Notes: generated from the sequence alone by a model not told the origin. Counted from the first letter of the stretch, positions 43,268 through 54,083 are shown. The stretch is DNA of 64,000 nucleotides from Promethearchaeota archaeon (GCA_011364925.1 RDOA01000007.1:6936-70935), one strand, 5' to 3'. Numbers and translations: made by a program.

Positions 43268-44452
43268 TTAATGTTCTAAAATTATAGTAGAACCCGTCGA
43301 GTATTTGTTCAAAGCCTGTTCATCAAGCTTGATACCCCATCCTGAATTTTCAGGAACTTTAGCCATTCCATTACTATAATCAATAGGATCTAAAATTAAA
43401 TCATCCTGTAGCATTTCTTGACCAAATAACTCGGTGGCATGGTCAATATAAGGATACTTTGCGGCTGTAAAATGAATATGCATTGCCGACGCTATTCCTA
43501 GGGGTTGATTATGCAAAACCACATCTAATCCGCGCATTTTCGCATAGTTTAAGGCTTTTAATGCTTTCGTAACTCCTCCTGGTCGTTCAGAGTTCAGTCC
43601 TAATACCTTTACAGCTTTCATCTCAACTAATGTTATAAAATCCTTTAAAGAAAAGAAACCTTCGTGAGCCATCAATGGAGTGTTGACTCTTTCCTGAACA
43701 AATGCCATTCCTACATAATCTGATGCTCTAACTGGTTGCTCTACAAAATCAATTACATATGGTTCAATGGCTTTAATAGCTCGAACAGCCATGTATGGTG
43801 TGTAAGCTTGGTTATAATCGACTCTTAACCTAATTTCGTTGCCAAACGTACTTCTGATGAGTTGCACGATTTCAAGATCTCTTTCCACGCTACTTCCTAG
43901 TTTTAATCGAAAATTTCTAAAGCCTTTTTTATAATAAGATCGAAGTATCCCTTTAACTAATATTGGTTCTGCGAGAGGAATTAAAGCCGCTAGAGGGATT
44001 TTCTCCACAAATTTCCCTCCCATCAAATAACATGCGGGTAAGTTTAACAATTGCCCCATTAAATCATAGCAAGCCATATCAATCAAACCTTTAGCTACTT
44101 CGCTTCGAGCTAAATTAAGATCCATCCGATGATTTATTCTTTCAATATTAAACGGATTTTCTCCTAATACATATTTGGACAGTGAATTTTTTATCGCGTC
44201 AATAACTTGATATGGTGACACTCCAGTTTCAGGTAACCAGACAAATACCTCACCTAATCCTACTTCTCCACTTTTACTAAACAATTTGCAAATGACAAAA
44301 TCACCACCTGGCCAAGCTTCCTCTGCTCCAAGCATGAAACCTAAACCACCTTCACCTTCACTCATTGCCTTTATTACAGCTTCTTTGAACGGAACATGCA
44401 AAGGGGTAAGTTCACATCTTTCGATTTCAAACTTCAAATTATTCACTAACAT
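43268..44452 (-). CDS. Enolase-superfamily enzyme (mandelate racemase / muconate lactonizing enzyme family)
   Basis: Motifs: FRLKLG, IRLRVDYNQAYT, IDFVEQP, MAHEG, GLNSERPGG. Confidence 0.8.
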   Translation of the reverse strand: MLVNNLKFEIERCELTPLHVPFKEAVIKAMSEGEGGLGFMLGAEEAWPGGDFVICKLFSKSGEVGLGEVFVWLPETGVSPYQVIDAIKNSLSKYVLGENPFNIERINHRMDLNLARSEVAKGLIDMACYDLMGQLLNLPACYLMGGKFVEKIPLAALIPLAEPILVKGILRSYYKKGFRNFRLKLGSSVERDLEIVQLIRSTFGNEIRLRVDYNQAYTPYMAVRAIKAIEPYVIDFVEQPVRASDYVGMAFVQERVNTPLMAHEGFFSLKDFITLVEMKAVKVLGLNSERPGGVTKALKALNYAKMRGLDVVLHNQPLGIASAMHIHFTAAKYPYIDHATELFGQEMLQDDLILDPIDYSNGMAKVPENSGWGIKLDEQALNKYSTGSTIILEH

Positions 44453-44544
44453 TAATTAATTATTTCTCTATTGAGTAAATAAAATTGAAGAAACATTTAT
44501 AGTTTTAAAATACTTTAAATAAACAAAAACTCAACATAGAAAAA

Positions 44545-45379
44545 GTGATATTTATGGTGGTTGATGTAATAAAACTAAGGGAAGAGTTTAAAGAGCCTTT
44601 CGATTTAGTTACGACTTCTGATGGGATTACATTATTTTTAAGGAAATGGGAGCCTCCGAATCCTTCAAATATAGCTGTTCTTATTTTGCATGGGATTACA
44701 TCGTATAGTAAACCTTACGAGATGTGGGAATCCAGTCTCCCAAGCAGGATTTACAGTAATTGGCTTAGATCTGAGAGGTCATGGATTATCTGATGGAATT
44801 CGAGGTGATTACCCCAGTAAAGAGAGATTAATCAACGATCTTGTTGAAACCATTTCATTTTTAAAGAATCAATTCAAATCTCTAATAATATTCGGTCATA
44901 GTTTAGGTGTTCTTAACGCTCTAATCGCAACTACAAATATAAGCGAAAAAGTTGACGGTTTAATTTTATTAAGCGCCGGGAAAACGGTTAATCCTGGAGT
45001 GTATAGAAAACAGTCGTTTACCCAGAAATTAAAGATCCTGTTTAGTTCGATCGTGCATCCAAGTAAACCTGTTATAAAGTATTATCGAGAAGGCATTTTA
45101 GGTTTGGATGATCCATTGTTTAATTTTAATTACACATTCAGATTTATGAGACTAATAAATTTTAAGATTATAGACCGTTTGGATGAACTACACTGTCCTT
45201 TATTTTTTGGTATCGGAGAACACGATGAGATTTTTTCTATTGAATCAGCTCAATCACTATTTAACGATATACCTTGCCAAGATAAGCAATTTTTTATAAT
45301 GCCCGGTGCTAAGCATGCTGTGGGATTTACTAAAGAGACATTCAATGAAATAATATCTTGGTTGAAAACCAAATTCTAA
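44545..45379 (+). pseudogene. Alpha/beta hydrolase (lysophospholipase/monoglyceride-lipase-like) split by a +1 frameshift near 44725
   Basis: ORF 44545..44793 ends its homologous part at AVLILHGITSYSKPYEM. ORF 44690..45379 continues in the next frame with GNPVSQAGFTVIGLDLRGHGLSDG...IFGHSLGV...GAKH. Confidence 0.7.
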
Positions 45380-45415
45380 TAATTTACCCAAATTAACTCT
45401 ATTATTTTTATAATT

Positions 45416-46261
45416 ATGGAAACCAAAATTCAAAAGGTTGCGATAATCGGAGCTGGTTTTACGGGAAAACAAATCGCAGCCCAAACAGCTTTATACGATT
45501 TTAAAGTGCAAATCTACGATATTAATTCTACAACCTTAAAGGAAGCCGAGAAATACATTGTTGGAGTGTTAAAACGAAATAAGCGAAAAGAAGCAATTCA
45601 AAAAGTCTTATACTATTCTGATTTAACTCAAGCATTAGAAAATACCGATCTAGTAATCGAAGCTGTTCCGGAAAATCTTGAGTTAAAAAAAGAAGTATTC
45701 TCACAAATAGACAACATTGCTCCAACACACGCTATAATAGGGACTAATAGTTCTTCTTATCCAGTATCAAGAATTGAATCTGCGGTCAAGAGAAAAGATA
45801 AAGTCCTAAACTTGCATTTCTATCCTCCTATTCCTACCCGTCCAATGGTAGATATTATGCGTGGTTCCGAAACAAGTGAAGAAACGTTCGAAAAAGGTAA
45901 AATATGGATAACAGAAATTGGATGCGAACCGATTATTGTTAAAAAAGAATGTTTAGGTTTTGTGTTTAATAGAATCTGGCATACGGCAAGAAGAGAGGCT
46001 TTAAACATGTGGGATAAAGGAAACGCTGACATAGAAACCATTGATAAAGCGTGGAAGATTTTTACTGGGATGAAAATGGGTCCATTTGTTCTAATGGACG
46101 GGATTGGATTGGATACTGTATATGCGGTACAAATGTCGTATTACAATGAAAGCGGAGATCCTCGCGATAAACCACCAGATAGGCTTAAAGAAATGGTTGA
46201 AAAAGGCGATCTCGGTATAAAAACAGGAAAAGGATTCTACACTTGGAAAAAAAGGAAATAA
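45416..46261 (+). CDS. 3-hydroxyacyl-CoA (3-hydroxybutyryl-CoA) dehydrogenase
   Basis: Motifs: KVAIIGAGFTGKQIA, EAVPENLELKKEVF, NSSS, GFVFNRI. Confidence 0.85.
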   Translation: METKIQKVAIIGAGFTGKQIAAQTALYDFKVQIYDINSTTLKEAEKYIVGVLKRNKRKEAIQKVLYYSDLTQALENTDLVIEAVPENLELKKEVFSQIDNIAPTHAIIGTNSSSYPVSRIESAVKRKDKVLNLHFYPPIPTRPMVDIMRGSETSEETFEKGKIWITEIGCEPIIVKKECLGFVFNRIWHTARREALNMWDKGNADIETIDKAWKIFTGMKMGPFVLMDGIGLDTVYAVQMSYYNESGDPRDKPPDRLKEMVEKGDLGIKTGKGFYTWKKRK

Positions 46262-46269
46262 ATTTGTTT

Positions 46270-47205
46270 TTACCCGTTTAATAATAAAATCAAGACCCAA
46301 ATAAGACCAAAACTGATTAGAATTGTTAAATTCACAGTAATCGTAACTAATCTCTTATCGTAACCGTTTTCTACTGAGAAGGGAATAACTGCAAGACCAA
46401 CTGGTAATATTAAAGCCAAACAAATTATAATTCTAAAAAGAGAGTTGAAAATGTTTGGTGGCAATAAAAAAAATATGGAAAGACCTGTAATGAGACCTAT
46501 TATGTACCTTAATGCTAAAACTTTAATTATTGATATCCATTCTGATTTAGAGAATTTAAATTGAAGAAATATTCCTAATAATAACAACGCTAAAGCTGAA
46601 TTTGCCCTTGCTATAATGTCGATAAGGTCAGAAATAAAGCTTGGGAACACAAATCCCGCGAAATTGAGAATCAAAGCGACGATATAACTTATAAGTGGAG
46701 TAGATTTAAGTAAACGTCTTAAAATAAATTTGAAATTTATTTTCATTTCGAGATTCTGATTATTTGGGGAATATATTGTTGCTAGAATGTAACATAACAC
46801 GAATATTGTAAAACCGTTCCCTGCATCGACAAGAATTATGTATTGCATTCCTGCTTGCCCCCATATCCCCTCTACTAAAGGAAAGAAGAAATTTGCGATG
46901 TTAAATCCCACTGTTGTCATAATCATAGCTCCTTTCAAGTAAGAAGGATCTTTTCTAAAAACCAAAATTGCAACGAAAGCCATCAAAAAACCAAAAGAAA
47001 TACTAATAAAAGGTAATAAAGCCATTGAAAAATCAAATTGGATTGTTGTCGTAAACTTAAAGATAACTGCGGGGAGTGTGATATTGAAGATGATTTTCGC
47101 AATTGTATCACCATCTGATTCCTTCAATACTTTTAATTTTTTAATTAAATACCCTATTATTATTATTGTAATAGAGATTAAAAAAACTACATTTACATCT
47201 GCCAT
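46270..47205 (-). CDS. AEC-family (auxin efflux carrier-like) membrane transporter
   Basis: 10-TM-like profile. N-terminus: VFLISITIIIIGYLIKKLKVLKESDGDTIAKIIFNITLPAVIF. Confidence 0.7.
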   Translation of the reverse strand: MADVNVVFLISITIIIIGYLIKKLKVLKESDGDTIAKIIFNITLPAVIFKFTTTIQFDFSMALLPFISISFGFLMAFVAILVFRKDPSYLKGAMIMTTVGFNIANFFFPLVEGIWGQAGMQYIILVDAGNGFTIFVLCYILATIYSPNNQNLEMKINFKFILRRLLKSTPLISYIVALILNFAGFVFPSFISDLIDIIARANSALALLLLGIFLQFKFSKSEWISIIKVLALRYIIGLITGLSIFFLLPPNIFNSLFRIIICLALILPVGLAVIPFSVENGYDKRLVTITVNLTILISFGLIWVLILLLNG

Positions 47206-47431
47206 GCTTACATAATTCTAATACTTGTATTTTTGGTTATTAAAATATTTAAAACAATTAAATAATTATCGACCTTGTTTTTATTCAGAATCAAAATATA
47301 TTTTTTAGAGTTAAAAATCGCACTACATCGAATTCAAAGTTTATAGGGGCGAATTTAGATTAGAAAAAGACTTATAAGAAAATGGAATACAACATAGATT
47401 AATAATAACATTTAAACAAAAATGAATTAAA

Positions 47432-48796
47432 ATGTCATCAGACGAAATTAATGAAGAAGTTGAGTATGAAACCACTACATCTAAACGCAATATATTCTTT
47501 TGGGCAATGTACGACCTCGCAAATACGATTTATTCTATGGTGATTGTTAGCTTAATAATAAATCGTTACATATTGGTCATAGGACAACTTGAATATGGTA
47601 TGACTTATGGAACTGCCAGTTTTCTCTTTGGAACAGTCTCATTTGCAATGCAAATTGTTATAGCTTTATGTATACCGTTTTTAGGATCGTTAAGTGATAA
47701 CATAGGTAAGCGTAAACCTTTCGTTATAAGTCTGACGGGAATTATCCTTATCTTCGCAAGCTTGATTGGATTTTCCCATAACCTCACATTAGTTCTATTA
47801 TTTTACATCATAGCAAACATTGCATATCAATTTAGTTTGCTATTCTATGATGCTATGCTTCCATTTATTGCTAAAAGAAAGGACATTGGTAAAGTTGCGG
47901 GATTTGGTGTTGCTTGGGGTTATTTAGGTACGATTATTTCGCTTTTGATCATGATGCCTTTGATCCTCATATTAGGCGATATGGATTCAACACCTCCAGG
48001 TTTAACTTATGGATATACCGGATCTTGGATGCCATTTGTTATATCTATGATACTTTTTTTGGGTTTTGCGATTCCTTTTCTATTTGTTCGCGAAAAGCAA
48101 AAAAAAATGAAAAGACCCCCGATTGGTAAATTAATTAGTAACTCGTTTAAGCAAATAGGTAACACATTTAAAGAGATCAGGACGCATAAGTATATGTTTA
48201 TTTTTATACTAGGGTATTTTTTTGTTGCAGATATTGCTAATGTAATAGTTCTATACATGACACCAATTATTACTGATGGATTAGTTGTTGGAGGAGGATC
48301 TACAACATTCGCAATACTCTTTATAATTATCGCTACTTTCTCGGCTGTATTATTTACTTTTTTTGTTGGATGGTTTGGTGAGAAATTCGGAGCAAAAAAT
48401 ACGTTCTTCCTTGTAGGGCTATTGTGGGGTATAGCATTAACTATCGGTGTCGTTTTAGTTTTTACAACTACTTCTATTGATATTGGTGGGAACGTTCCAT
48501 TTATATTTACGCTAATAATGGGCATAGTAGCTGGTCCTGCTTTAGGAGGAACATGGACGGCACAAAGAATCATGGTCGTAGAACTTGCTCCTAAAGAAAA
48601 GTTTGGTGAATTTTTTGGATTTTCTAAGCTGACTGGTAAATTCTCATCCGCGCTAGGGCCTTTAGTTTGGGGTCTTGTATTGTTATCTTACGACATAATA
48701 GGAAAAGCTGCATACGGTTGGGCTATGATCTCTGTAGGGGTTATCATGGCAATTGGAATCGTTATCCTAAGCTTCGTAAAGACGAAATCAGAATAA
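47432..48796 (+). CDS. MFS transporter (UMF1 / Atg22-like family)
   Basis: FWAMYDLANTIYSMVIVSL is typical of the family. The protein is polytopic with a central basic loop (REKQKKMKRPP). Confidence 0.6.
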   Translation: MSSDEINEEVEYETTTSKRNIFFWAMYDLANTIYSMVIVSLIINRYILVIGQLEYGMTYGTASFLFGTVSFAMQIVIALCIPFLGSLSDNIGKRKPFVISLTGIILIFASLIGFSHNLTLVLLFYIIANIAYQFSLLFYDAMLPFIAKRKDIGKVAGFGVAWGYLGTIISLLIMMPLILILGDMDSTPPGLTYGYTGSWMPFVISMILFLGFAIPFLFVREKQKKMKRPPIGKLISNSFKQIGNTFKEIRTHKYMFIFILGYFFVADIANVIVLYMTPIITDGLVVGGGSTTFAILFIIIATFSAVLFTFFVGWFGEKFGAKNTFFLVGLLWGIALTIGVVLVFTTTSIDIGGNVPFIFTLIMGIVAGPALGGTWTAQRIMVVELAPKEKFGEFFGFSKLTGKFSSALGPLVWGLVLLSYDIIGKAAYGWAMISVGVIMAIGIVILSFVKTKSE

Positions 48797-48811
48797 ATCA
48801 GTATCCAATAC

Positions 48812-48820
48812 TTTTTTTTT
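48812..48820 (+). terminator. Oligo-T tract (T9) about 16 nt after the MFS gene stop; archaeal-type terminator candidate
   Basis: The sequence caatacTTTTTTTTTatttttattt is read directly. It lies in a convergent intergenic region. Confidence 0.3.
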
Positions 48821-49047
48821 ATTTTTATTTGAAAATAAATATAAAATTAGTTATTAAGCTATTTTTTACATTATTTCCCCATTCTAAAATCTAAAATTAC
48901 TGGCTAATCCAGTATTACTCTTAATTGCAGAAGAACAAGCACAAAAAAAACAAGAGAAATCCTAGGATTAAGCTAGTTTTTATACTATGAAACTTTAATT
49001 CTTGAAAGTAATAAAAATAAAAGAAAAGAAGGAAGGAATAAGTTAAA

Positions 49048-50463
49048 TCATTGTAGATATGGATGTTGTTTTAATTCTTCTCGCATTTTTTTAAGTTTTT
49101 CACCATGTAATGGAAATCGTGATAAAATTATAATCGCTATTCCACATCCAATTGCAGGAAAAACAAACATTATCGTTTTGATTGCAAACTCTACTTCACT
49201 GAGAGGTATAAGAGGGTTATAATCATTCGCCCAAGATGTTCCTTGAAACACAATTCCAATAGTTAAGATGGCAAATATGGTAGAAAACCTATGAATGAAT
49301 GCGTTGACGCCGTAATAACTCGCAGATCGTTTTACACCGAACTTAAGAGCATCCTCATCAATTACATCACCATGTATTATATCAACATAGAAAAGAGCAC
49401 CTGATAATGCGATCCCTTGAATAGCGGTCACTATAATTCCAAAGACTACATTTCCAAGTGGTATAAGCACAAAGAAGAACAGTAAGACGATCCATATTCC
49501 TAAAGTAAGCATGAAAGCATTTCGCATACCTAGTTTCCTACCAAGTCTCATGTGGAGTGGCAACAATAATGCTGCTATAATTAATGCTGAAGCTAACGAT
49601 ATCGTAATAATAAATCCTTGGTCTATAAGTAATATGTAGACCCCAAATAATGGTAATATTAGTATTAGAGTATTAAAGACATACCATACAAGCATATTAG
49701 TGAATGTAAACTTAAGGAACGTCGTATTCTTAGCTGTAATTTTAAGCGATTGATAAAATGAAGGTCTCTTTTCGAAAATTTCTTGATCTTCGTCTTTTTC
49801 CTTAATGCCTTTGAGCAGAAAAGGAATTGCGGTTAAAATCGTTATCACTGCGACCATTGTTCCACCAATTATATAGTTAATTTTAATAATATTAAGTCCA
49901 GCAGGAGTAGTTGTCTCATCTGGTACTAACGGAGAAAATAAAAGAGAAGGAAGACTTGCAATAATGATGCCTAAGACAGTTAAAGCTTTTACAAAAACAT
50001 TTGTTTGTGATCGGTGACTTTCAGTTGGGAACATTTCCGGAAATAATGCATTTACATTTACATCCCATAAGGTGTAAAAAAACTCAAATAACATGATAAT
50101 GAAAAGGAAATATATATATTGAAGAATTTTTTCACTCGCCGCAAAGGGAACGGTAAATAAGAAAATCATCATTAAAGATAATGGAATAATAGTTATAATT
50201 AGATAAAATTTCCGCTTCCCTAATTTACCCTTATGTCTTGTTCTTTCAGAAAGACCGCCCAAGATTGGATCATTGATGCTATTCCATAAAGACCAAACTA
50301 TAAATCCAATCATCACTGGAACTGTACCCAAATTTACAACAGCAAAGTAATAAGTGAACACAAAGAGATTAAAAAATTGATATACCATCTGATCGGGAAT
50401 TGCAGAGAGAGCAAATAAGAATTTCTTTTTAAACGGTAATCGTTCGTCGCTCATACTTTTCAT
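49048..50463 (-). CDS. GPH-family (glycoside-pentoside-hexuronide:cation symporter, MelB-like) transporter
   Basis: 12-TM-like profile. NDPILGGLSERTRHKGKLGKRKFYLII matches the GPH loop 2-3 pattern. Confidence 0.7.
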   Translation of the reverse strand: MKSMSDERLPFKKKFLFALSAIPDQMVYQFFNLFVFTYYFAVVNLGTVPVMIGFIVWSLWNSINDPILGGLSERTRHKGKLGKRKFYLIITIIPLSLMMIFLFTVPFAASEKILQYIYFLFIIMLFEFFYTLWDVNVNALFPEMFPTESHRSQTNVFVKALTVLGIIIASLPSLLFSPLVPDETTTPAGLNIIKINYIIGGTMVAVITILTAIPFLLKGIKEKDEDQEIFEKRPSFYQSLKITAKNTTFLKFTFTNMLVWYVFNTLILILPLFGVYILLIDQGFIITISLASALIIAALLLPLHMRLGRKLGMRNAFMLTLGIWIVLLFFFVLIPLGNVVFGIIVTAIQGIALSGALFYVDIIHGDVIDEDALKFGVKRSASYYGVNAFIHRFSTIFAILTIGIVFQGTSWANDYNPLIPLSEVEFAIKTIMFVFPAIGCGIAIIILSRFPLHGEKLKKMREELKQHPYLQ

Positions 50464-50638
50464 ATCGCTATTTTTTTTTTAAACATTATAAATTGTAATT
50501 AAGGTTGATTACGCTATATTGTATTTAAAATTATGCTTAAGAGTATAATACAAAATCTTCATAAGAATAAGCCTTATAAGATGATGGAATACAAAATCTA
50601 TCAATTTTTTATTTGAGATTAAATTTAAAATTAGATTT

Positions 50639-51820
50639 TTAAGCCAATTTCTTCTCAGGCAAAATATTAACGCGACGATATGGACCTTCGATTAACGAAA
50701 TAGCATTCTCGGGGCACAAATACGCACACACACCACATCCAACACATTCTTCTCCTATTCTCTCCGCTAATCCTTCTTCGTTTAACTCTAACACTTGATT
50801 AAAACATTTTTCGACACATGTTCCGCAACCTATACATAAATCTTGATCAATATTAACAGTATATTTTGCGATATTAACCATCGGAAACTTTACGGACACT
50901 TTACTAGTTGGACAGCAACAACTACAGCAATTACATATTGCTACTTCATCTTTGCTTAGATCTGAATTGAGATGATAAACTTTATGAACTAAACCTGCGT
51001 CTTCGATATCTTTTAAGATAGATAACGCTTCTTCTTTAGAAATAAGTCTTGTAAAACCGTGTTTGGCTGTATGTCTTGCACTTTTCCCGAGCGTGAAACA
51101 ACTTTCTCCGGGTGGATTCTGTTGGCATTTATGCCCTAAAAATTCCTCTTTTTGGCGACAATAACATTGACCAACAGCTATATCGTCGAATTTGTTAACG
51201 ATTTCCCTAATATCTTGAGCAGTGACAACTTGTTCTTCTGGTACTTCCAAGTCCTGATTAACTATTATTTTAATCTCATCTCCAGTTTCTTTATTCTCTC
51301 TAATTGGAACTGTTCGATCCATTGCTGGTATAGTTTTCACCATGTTGGGAAGATTGTCGTAGTCATTTTGAGCGAGTGTTCCTAATTCCTTCTCTGTTTC
51401 GTGGAATAACTTTGCTAATCTTACCATTTCGTCGGTTTTTTCTAATTTTTTCATGAAAGTATACTCAAATTGACGGTATATAGGAGCTAGACGAAAAACC
51501 ACTATACCTTGACGATTAGGTTGATCAAACATTACACCATGTTTCGCTAGACGGTCTACCATTTTCAAAATCTCTTCTTCAGAATAGGATTTCTCACAGT
51601 ATTTTGCTATGCTCTCCTTTAGTTGTTCCATCGTTTGAGAGATGTTCCTTTTAAACGCCAGTAAAAAATCTAAATATTCTTCCGGTATAGCATACTTTAA
51701 AATCTCAATCACATTATCTGAAACGATGTATGGTCCAGCTTGATTTAATATGTTGCCAATTTTTTTATATTTTTCATTAATATCTTCTGTCATTTTTTTC
51801 TCTCTTAAGCAATTATTCAT
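50639..51820 (-). CDS. Cys-rich Fe-S protein, paralog of 40233..41340 (CNCCxCCC motif plus 2x[4Fe-4S] ferredoxin domain)
   Basis: Motifs: CYCRQKEEFLGHKC...CFTLG...GLVHKVYHL...ICNCCSCCCP...CIGCGTCVEKC...CVGCGVCAYLCP. Confidence 0.75.
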   Translation of the reverse strand: MNNCLREKKMTEDINEKYKKIGNILNQAGPYIVSDNVIEILKYAIPEEYLDFLLAFKRNISQTMEQLKESIAKYCEKSYSEEEILKMVDRLAKHGVMFDQPNRQGIVVFRLAPIYRQFEYTFMKKLEKTDEMVRLAKLFHETEKELGTLAQNDYDNLPNMVKTIPAMDRTVPIRENKETGDEIKIIVNQDLEVPEEQVVTAQDIREIVNKFDDIAVGQCYCRQKEEFLGHKCQQNPPGESCFTLGKSARHTAKHGFTRLISKEEALSILKDIEDAGLVHKVYHLNSDLSKDEVAICNCCSCCCPTSKVSVKFPMVNIAKYTVNIDQDLCIGCGTCVEKCFNQVLELNEEGLAERIGEECVGCGVCAYLCPENAISLIEGPYRRVNILPEKKLA

Positions 51821-51955
51821 TACTTACTATCTCGCTTTCCATTTAATAAAAAATTATGGATATTGTTATAAACATTCCTCTGCATTCCCTAAATTAGGAG
51901 TAATCAAAAACTGGAGTGCCCAAGCCTTAAATTTATTTAAAAAGAAATACTCAAA

Positions 51956-52549
51956 TTGCTTATAATGTCAGATATGAATATAGAAGTTTATTATTTTGAG
52001 AAGGGAGGACCCCAAAATACAGATAAAGCATTGGAAGTAGCGAAAAAATATGCTCAACAATTTGGTGTAAAGGATATAATAATTGCTAGCACAACAGGGA
52101 TGACAGCTCAAAAAGCTAAAGACGTGTTTGATCTTGACAAATTCAAACTTATAATCGTAACTCATTCGTATTTTTTTGGTGGACCAAACAAGAGGCAGGA
52201 GTTTCCCGAAGATTTGATTGAAAGTTTGAAAAAAGAAGGTTTAATAGTGTTTTCCGCAACACACGCTTTTGCGTCAATAGAAAGAAGCTTTCGAGTGTCT
52301 TTAAAGCAGTGGGCACCTGTTGAACTAATGGCGAAATACCTAAGAGAAAATTTTAGCCAAGGCGTCAAAGTTTGCATGGAAATTGCAACTATGGTTTCTG
52401 ATGCGGGATTAATTTCGAATCTTGAAGATGACATCATTTGTATAGGTGGGACGGGAAGAGGAGCGGATACTGTCTGTCTGATTAAACCTGCAACTACCAG
52501 CTTATTCCATGAATTAAGAGTTAAAGCAATTCTTGCAAAACCACTGTAA
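51956..52549 (+). CDS. Pyruvate kinase C-terminal (alpha/beta) domain-like protein
   Basis: Motifs: VYYFEKGGPQNTDKALEVAKKYA...IIIASTTGMTAQKA...IVTHS...GVKVCMEIATMVSDAGLI...CIGGTGRGADT. Confidence 0.65.
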   Translation: MLIMSDMNIEVYYFEKGGPQNTDKALEVAKKYAQQFGVKDIIIASTTGMTAQKAKDVFDLDKFKLIIVTHSYFFGGPNKRQEFPEDLIESLKKEGLIVFSATHAFASIERSFRVSLKQWAPVELMAKYLRENFSQGVKVCMEIATMVSDAGLISNLEDDIICIGGTGRGADTVCLIKPATTSLFHELRVKAILAKPL

Positions 52550-52645
52550 TTATAAGAATAAAATAAAAATTAAAGTATAATTAACTTTTTTTCCAAATTT
52601 CATTATTATATCCAGTCAAAAAAAATTTTATTCTCAAAATCATAA

Positions 52646-53638
52646 ATGAGTACTATGGGTAAAAAAATAAAGTGGGGAATCTTAGGTTGTGGAAAAATTG
52701 CCCATAAATTCGCTGAAGGATTAAAAGTAATTCCTGATGCAATATTAGAAGCTGTTGCGTCAAGAACGGAAGGAAAAGCTGAAAACTTTGGAAAATTATT
52801 TGGAGTAGAAAATAGGTATGATAACTATGAAGATCTGGTAGAAAACGCCGAAATAGATGTTATATATATTGCAACAACTCATAATTTTCATCATGAGAAT
52901 GCATTACTCTGTTTAAACCACGGAAAACCGGTTCTATGTGAAAAGCCTATTACACTGAACGCTACACAAACGGAGGACCTAATTAACTCTGCTCGTAGTA
53001 ATAATTTATTTTTAATGGAAGCAATGTGGATGAGATTTATACCATGTATAGTTAAATTAAAGGAACTTTTAGAGCAAGGTATAATTGGAGAAATTAAGCA
53101 TCTAACAGCTAATTTTGGAATTAAAAAGGAATTGGATTCTAAAATTCGGTCGTTTAACCCTGATTTAGGTGGTGGCGCATTACTTGACCTTGGAATTTAT
53201 CCAATTTCATTTGCTAGAATGGTTTACAAGCAACCTCCTTCAAAGATACAAAGTAGTGCCTATATTGGAACAACATCAGTCGATGAAAAATCTTGTTATT
53301 TATTTGAATACGAAGATGGACAGACTGCTATGCTCTCTTCTTCGCATAGATTAATTATGCCACACGATGCTTTCATTTATGGAACTAAAGGATATATACA
53401 AGTTCCTGACTTCTATCACCCTTCAGAAATGATTCTGAAATTAGAAGGCGATAAAAAGAAAACGATTAATGTACCTTTTAAATCTACGGGTTATAATTAC
53501 GAAGCTATGGAAGTCATGCATTGTCTTAATACTGGAAAACTCGAAAGCATTCTCATGCCTTTAGATGAAACTTTAGAAATTATGAAAACTATGGATACAT
53601 TACGTTCTCAATGGCATTTAAAATATCCAGGAGAATGA
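52646..53638 (+). CDS. Gfo/Idh/MocA-family NAD(P)-dependent oxidoreductase
   Basis: Motifs: IKWGILGCGKIAHKF, VIYIATTHNFH, VLCEKP. Confidence 0.85.
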   Translation: MSTMGKKIKWGILGCGKIAHKFAEGLKVIPDAILEAVASRTEGKAENFGKLFGVENRYDNYEDLVENAEIDVIYIATTHNFHHENALLCLNHGKPVLCEKPITLNATQTEDLINSARSNNLFLMEAMWMRFIPCIVKLKELLEQGIIGEIKHLTANFGIKKELDSKIRSFNPDLGGGALLDLGIYPISFARMVYKQPPSKIQSSAYIGTTSVDEKSCYLFEYEDGQTAMLSSSHRLIMPHDAFIYGTKGYIQVPDFYHPSEMILKLEGDKKKTINVPFKSTGYNYEAMEVMHCLNTGKLESILMPLDETLEIMKTMDTLRSQWHLKYPGE

Positions 53639-53656
53639 ACCTAAGGGGGAATTCCA

Positions 53657-54046
53657 TTGAAAATAGAACATATTGCTATTTGGGTTAAAGACTTAGAAAA
53701 GATGAAAATTTTTTATGAAACTTATTTTAATGCAAAATCAAATGAGAAATACTTCAATAATACCAACAAATTTTCATCGTATTTCTTAACCTTTGAAGGT
53801 GTGACAAGATTGGAACTTATGCAAATGCCCTCAATTCCAGAGTCATCAAATAATCCATATATACAATCGATGGGTTTAGTTCATCTCGCAATCTCTGCAG
53901 GATCTAAGGAAAAAGTGATTAATTTGACTAAACGTTTGGCTAATGACGGCTACGAAATATTAGATGGTCCAAGATATACAGGTGATGGTTATTTCGAAAG
54001 TACGGTATTAGATCCCGAAAACAATCGAATTGAAATTACTGTATAA
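53657..54046 (+). CDS. Glyoxalase/VOC-family protein
   Basis: Motifs: MKIEHIAIWVKDLEKMKIFYETYF...HLAISAG...DPENNRIEI. TTG start preceded by an AGGGGGA SD-like element (53644..53650). Confidence 0.8.
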   Translation: MKIEHIAIWVKDLEKMKIFYETYFNAKSNEKYFNNTNKFSSYFLTFEGVTRLELMQMPSIPESSNNPYIQSMGLVHLAISAGSKEKVINLTKRLANDGYEILDGPRYTGDGYFESTVLDPENNRIEITV

Positions 54047-54083
54047 TTTGAGACATTAATAAAATTAGAATAGGATTTTATTT

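Noticed and set aside
48007-48573. 188-aa minus-strand ORF
   Set aside because: It is antisense to the MFS transporter gene, whose frame shows the family motif and TM periodicity. This is a shadow ORF.
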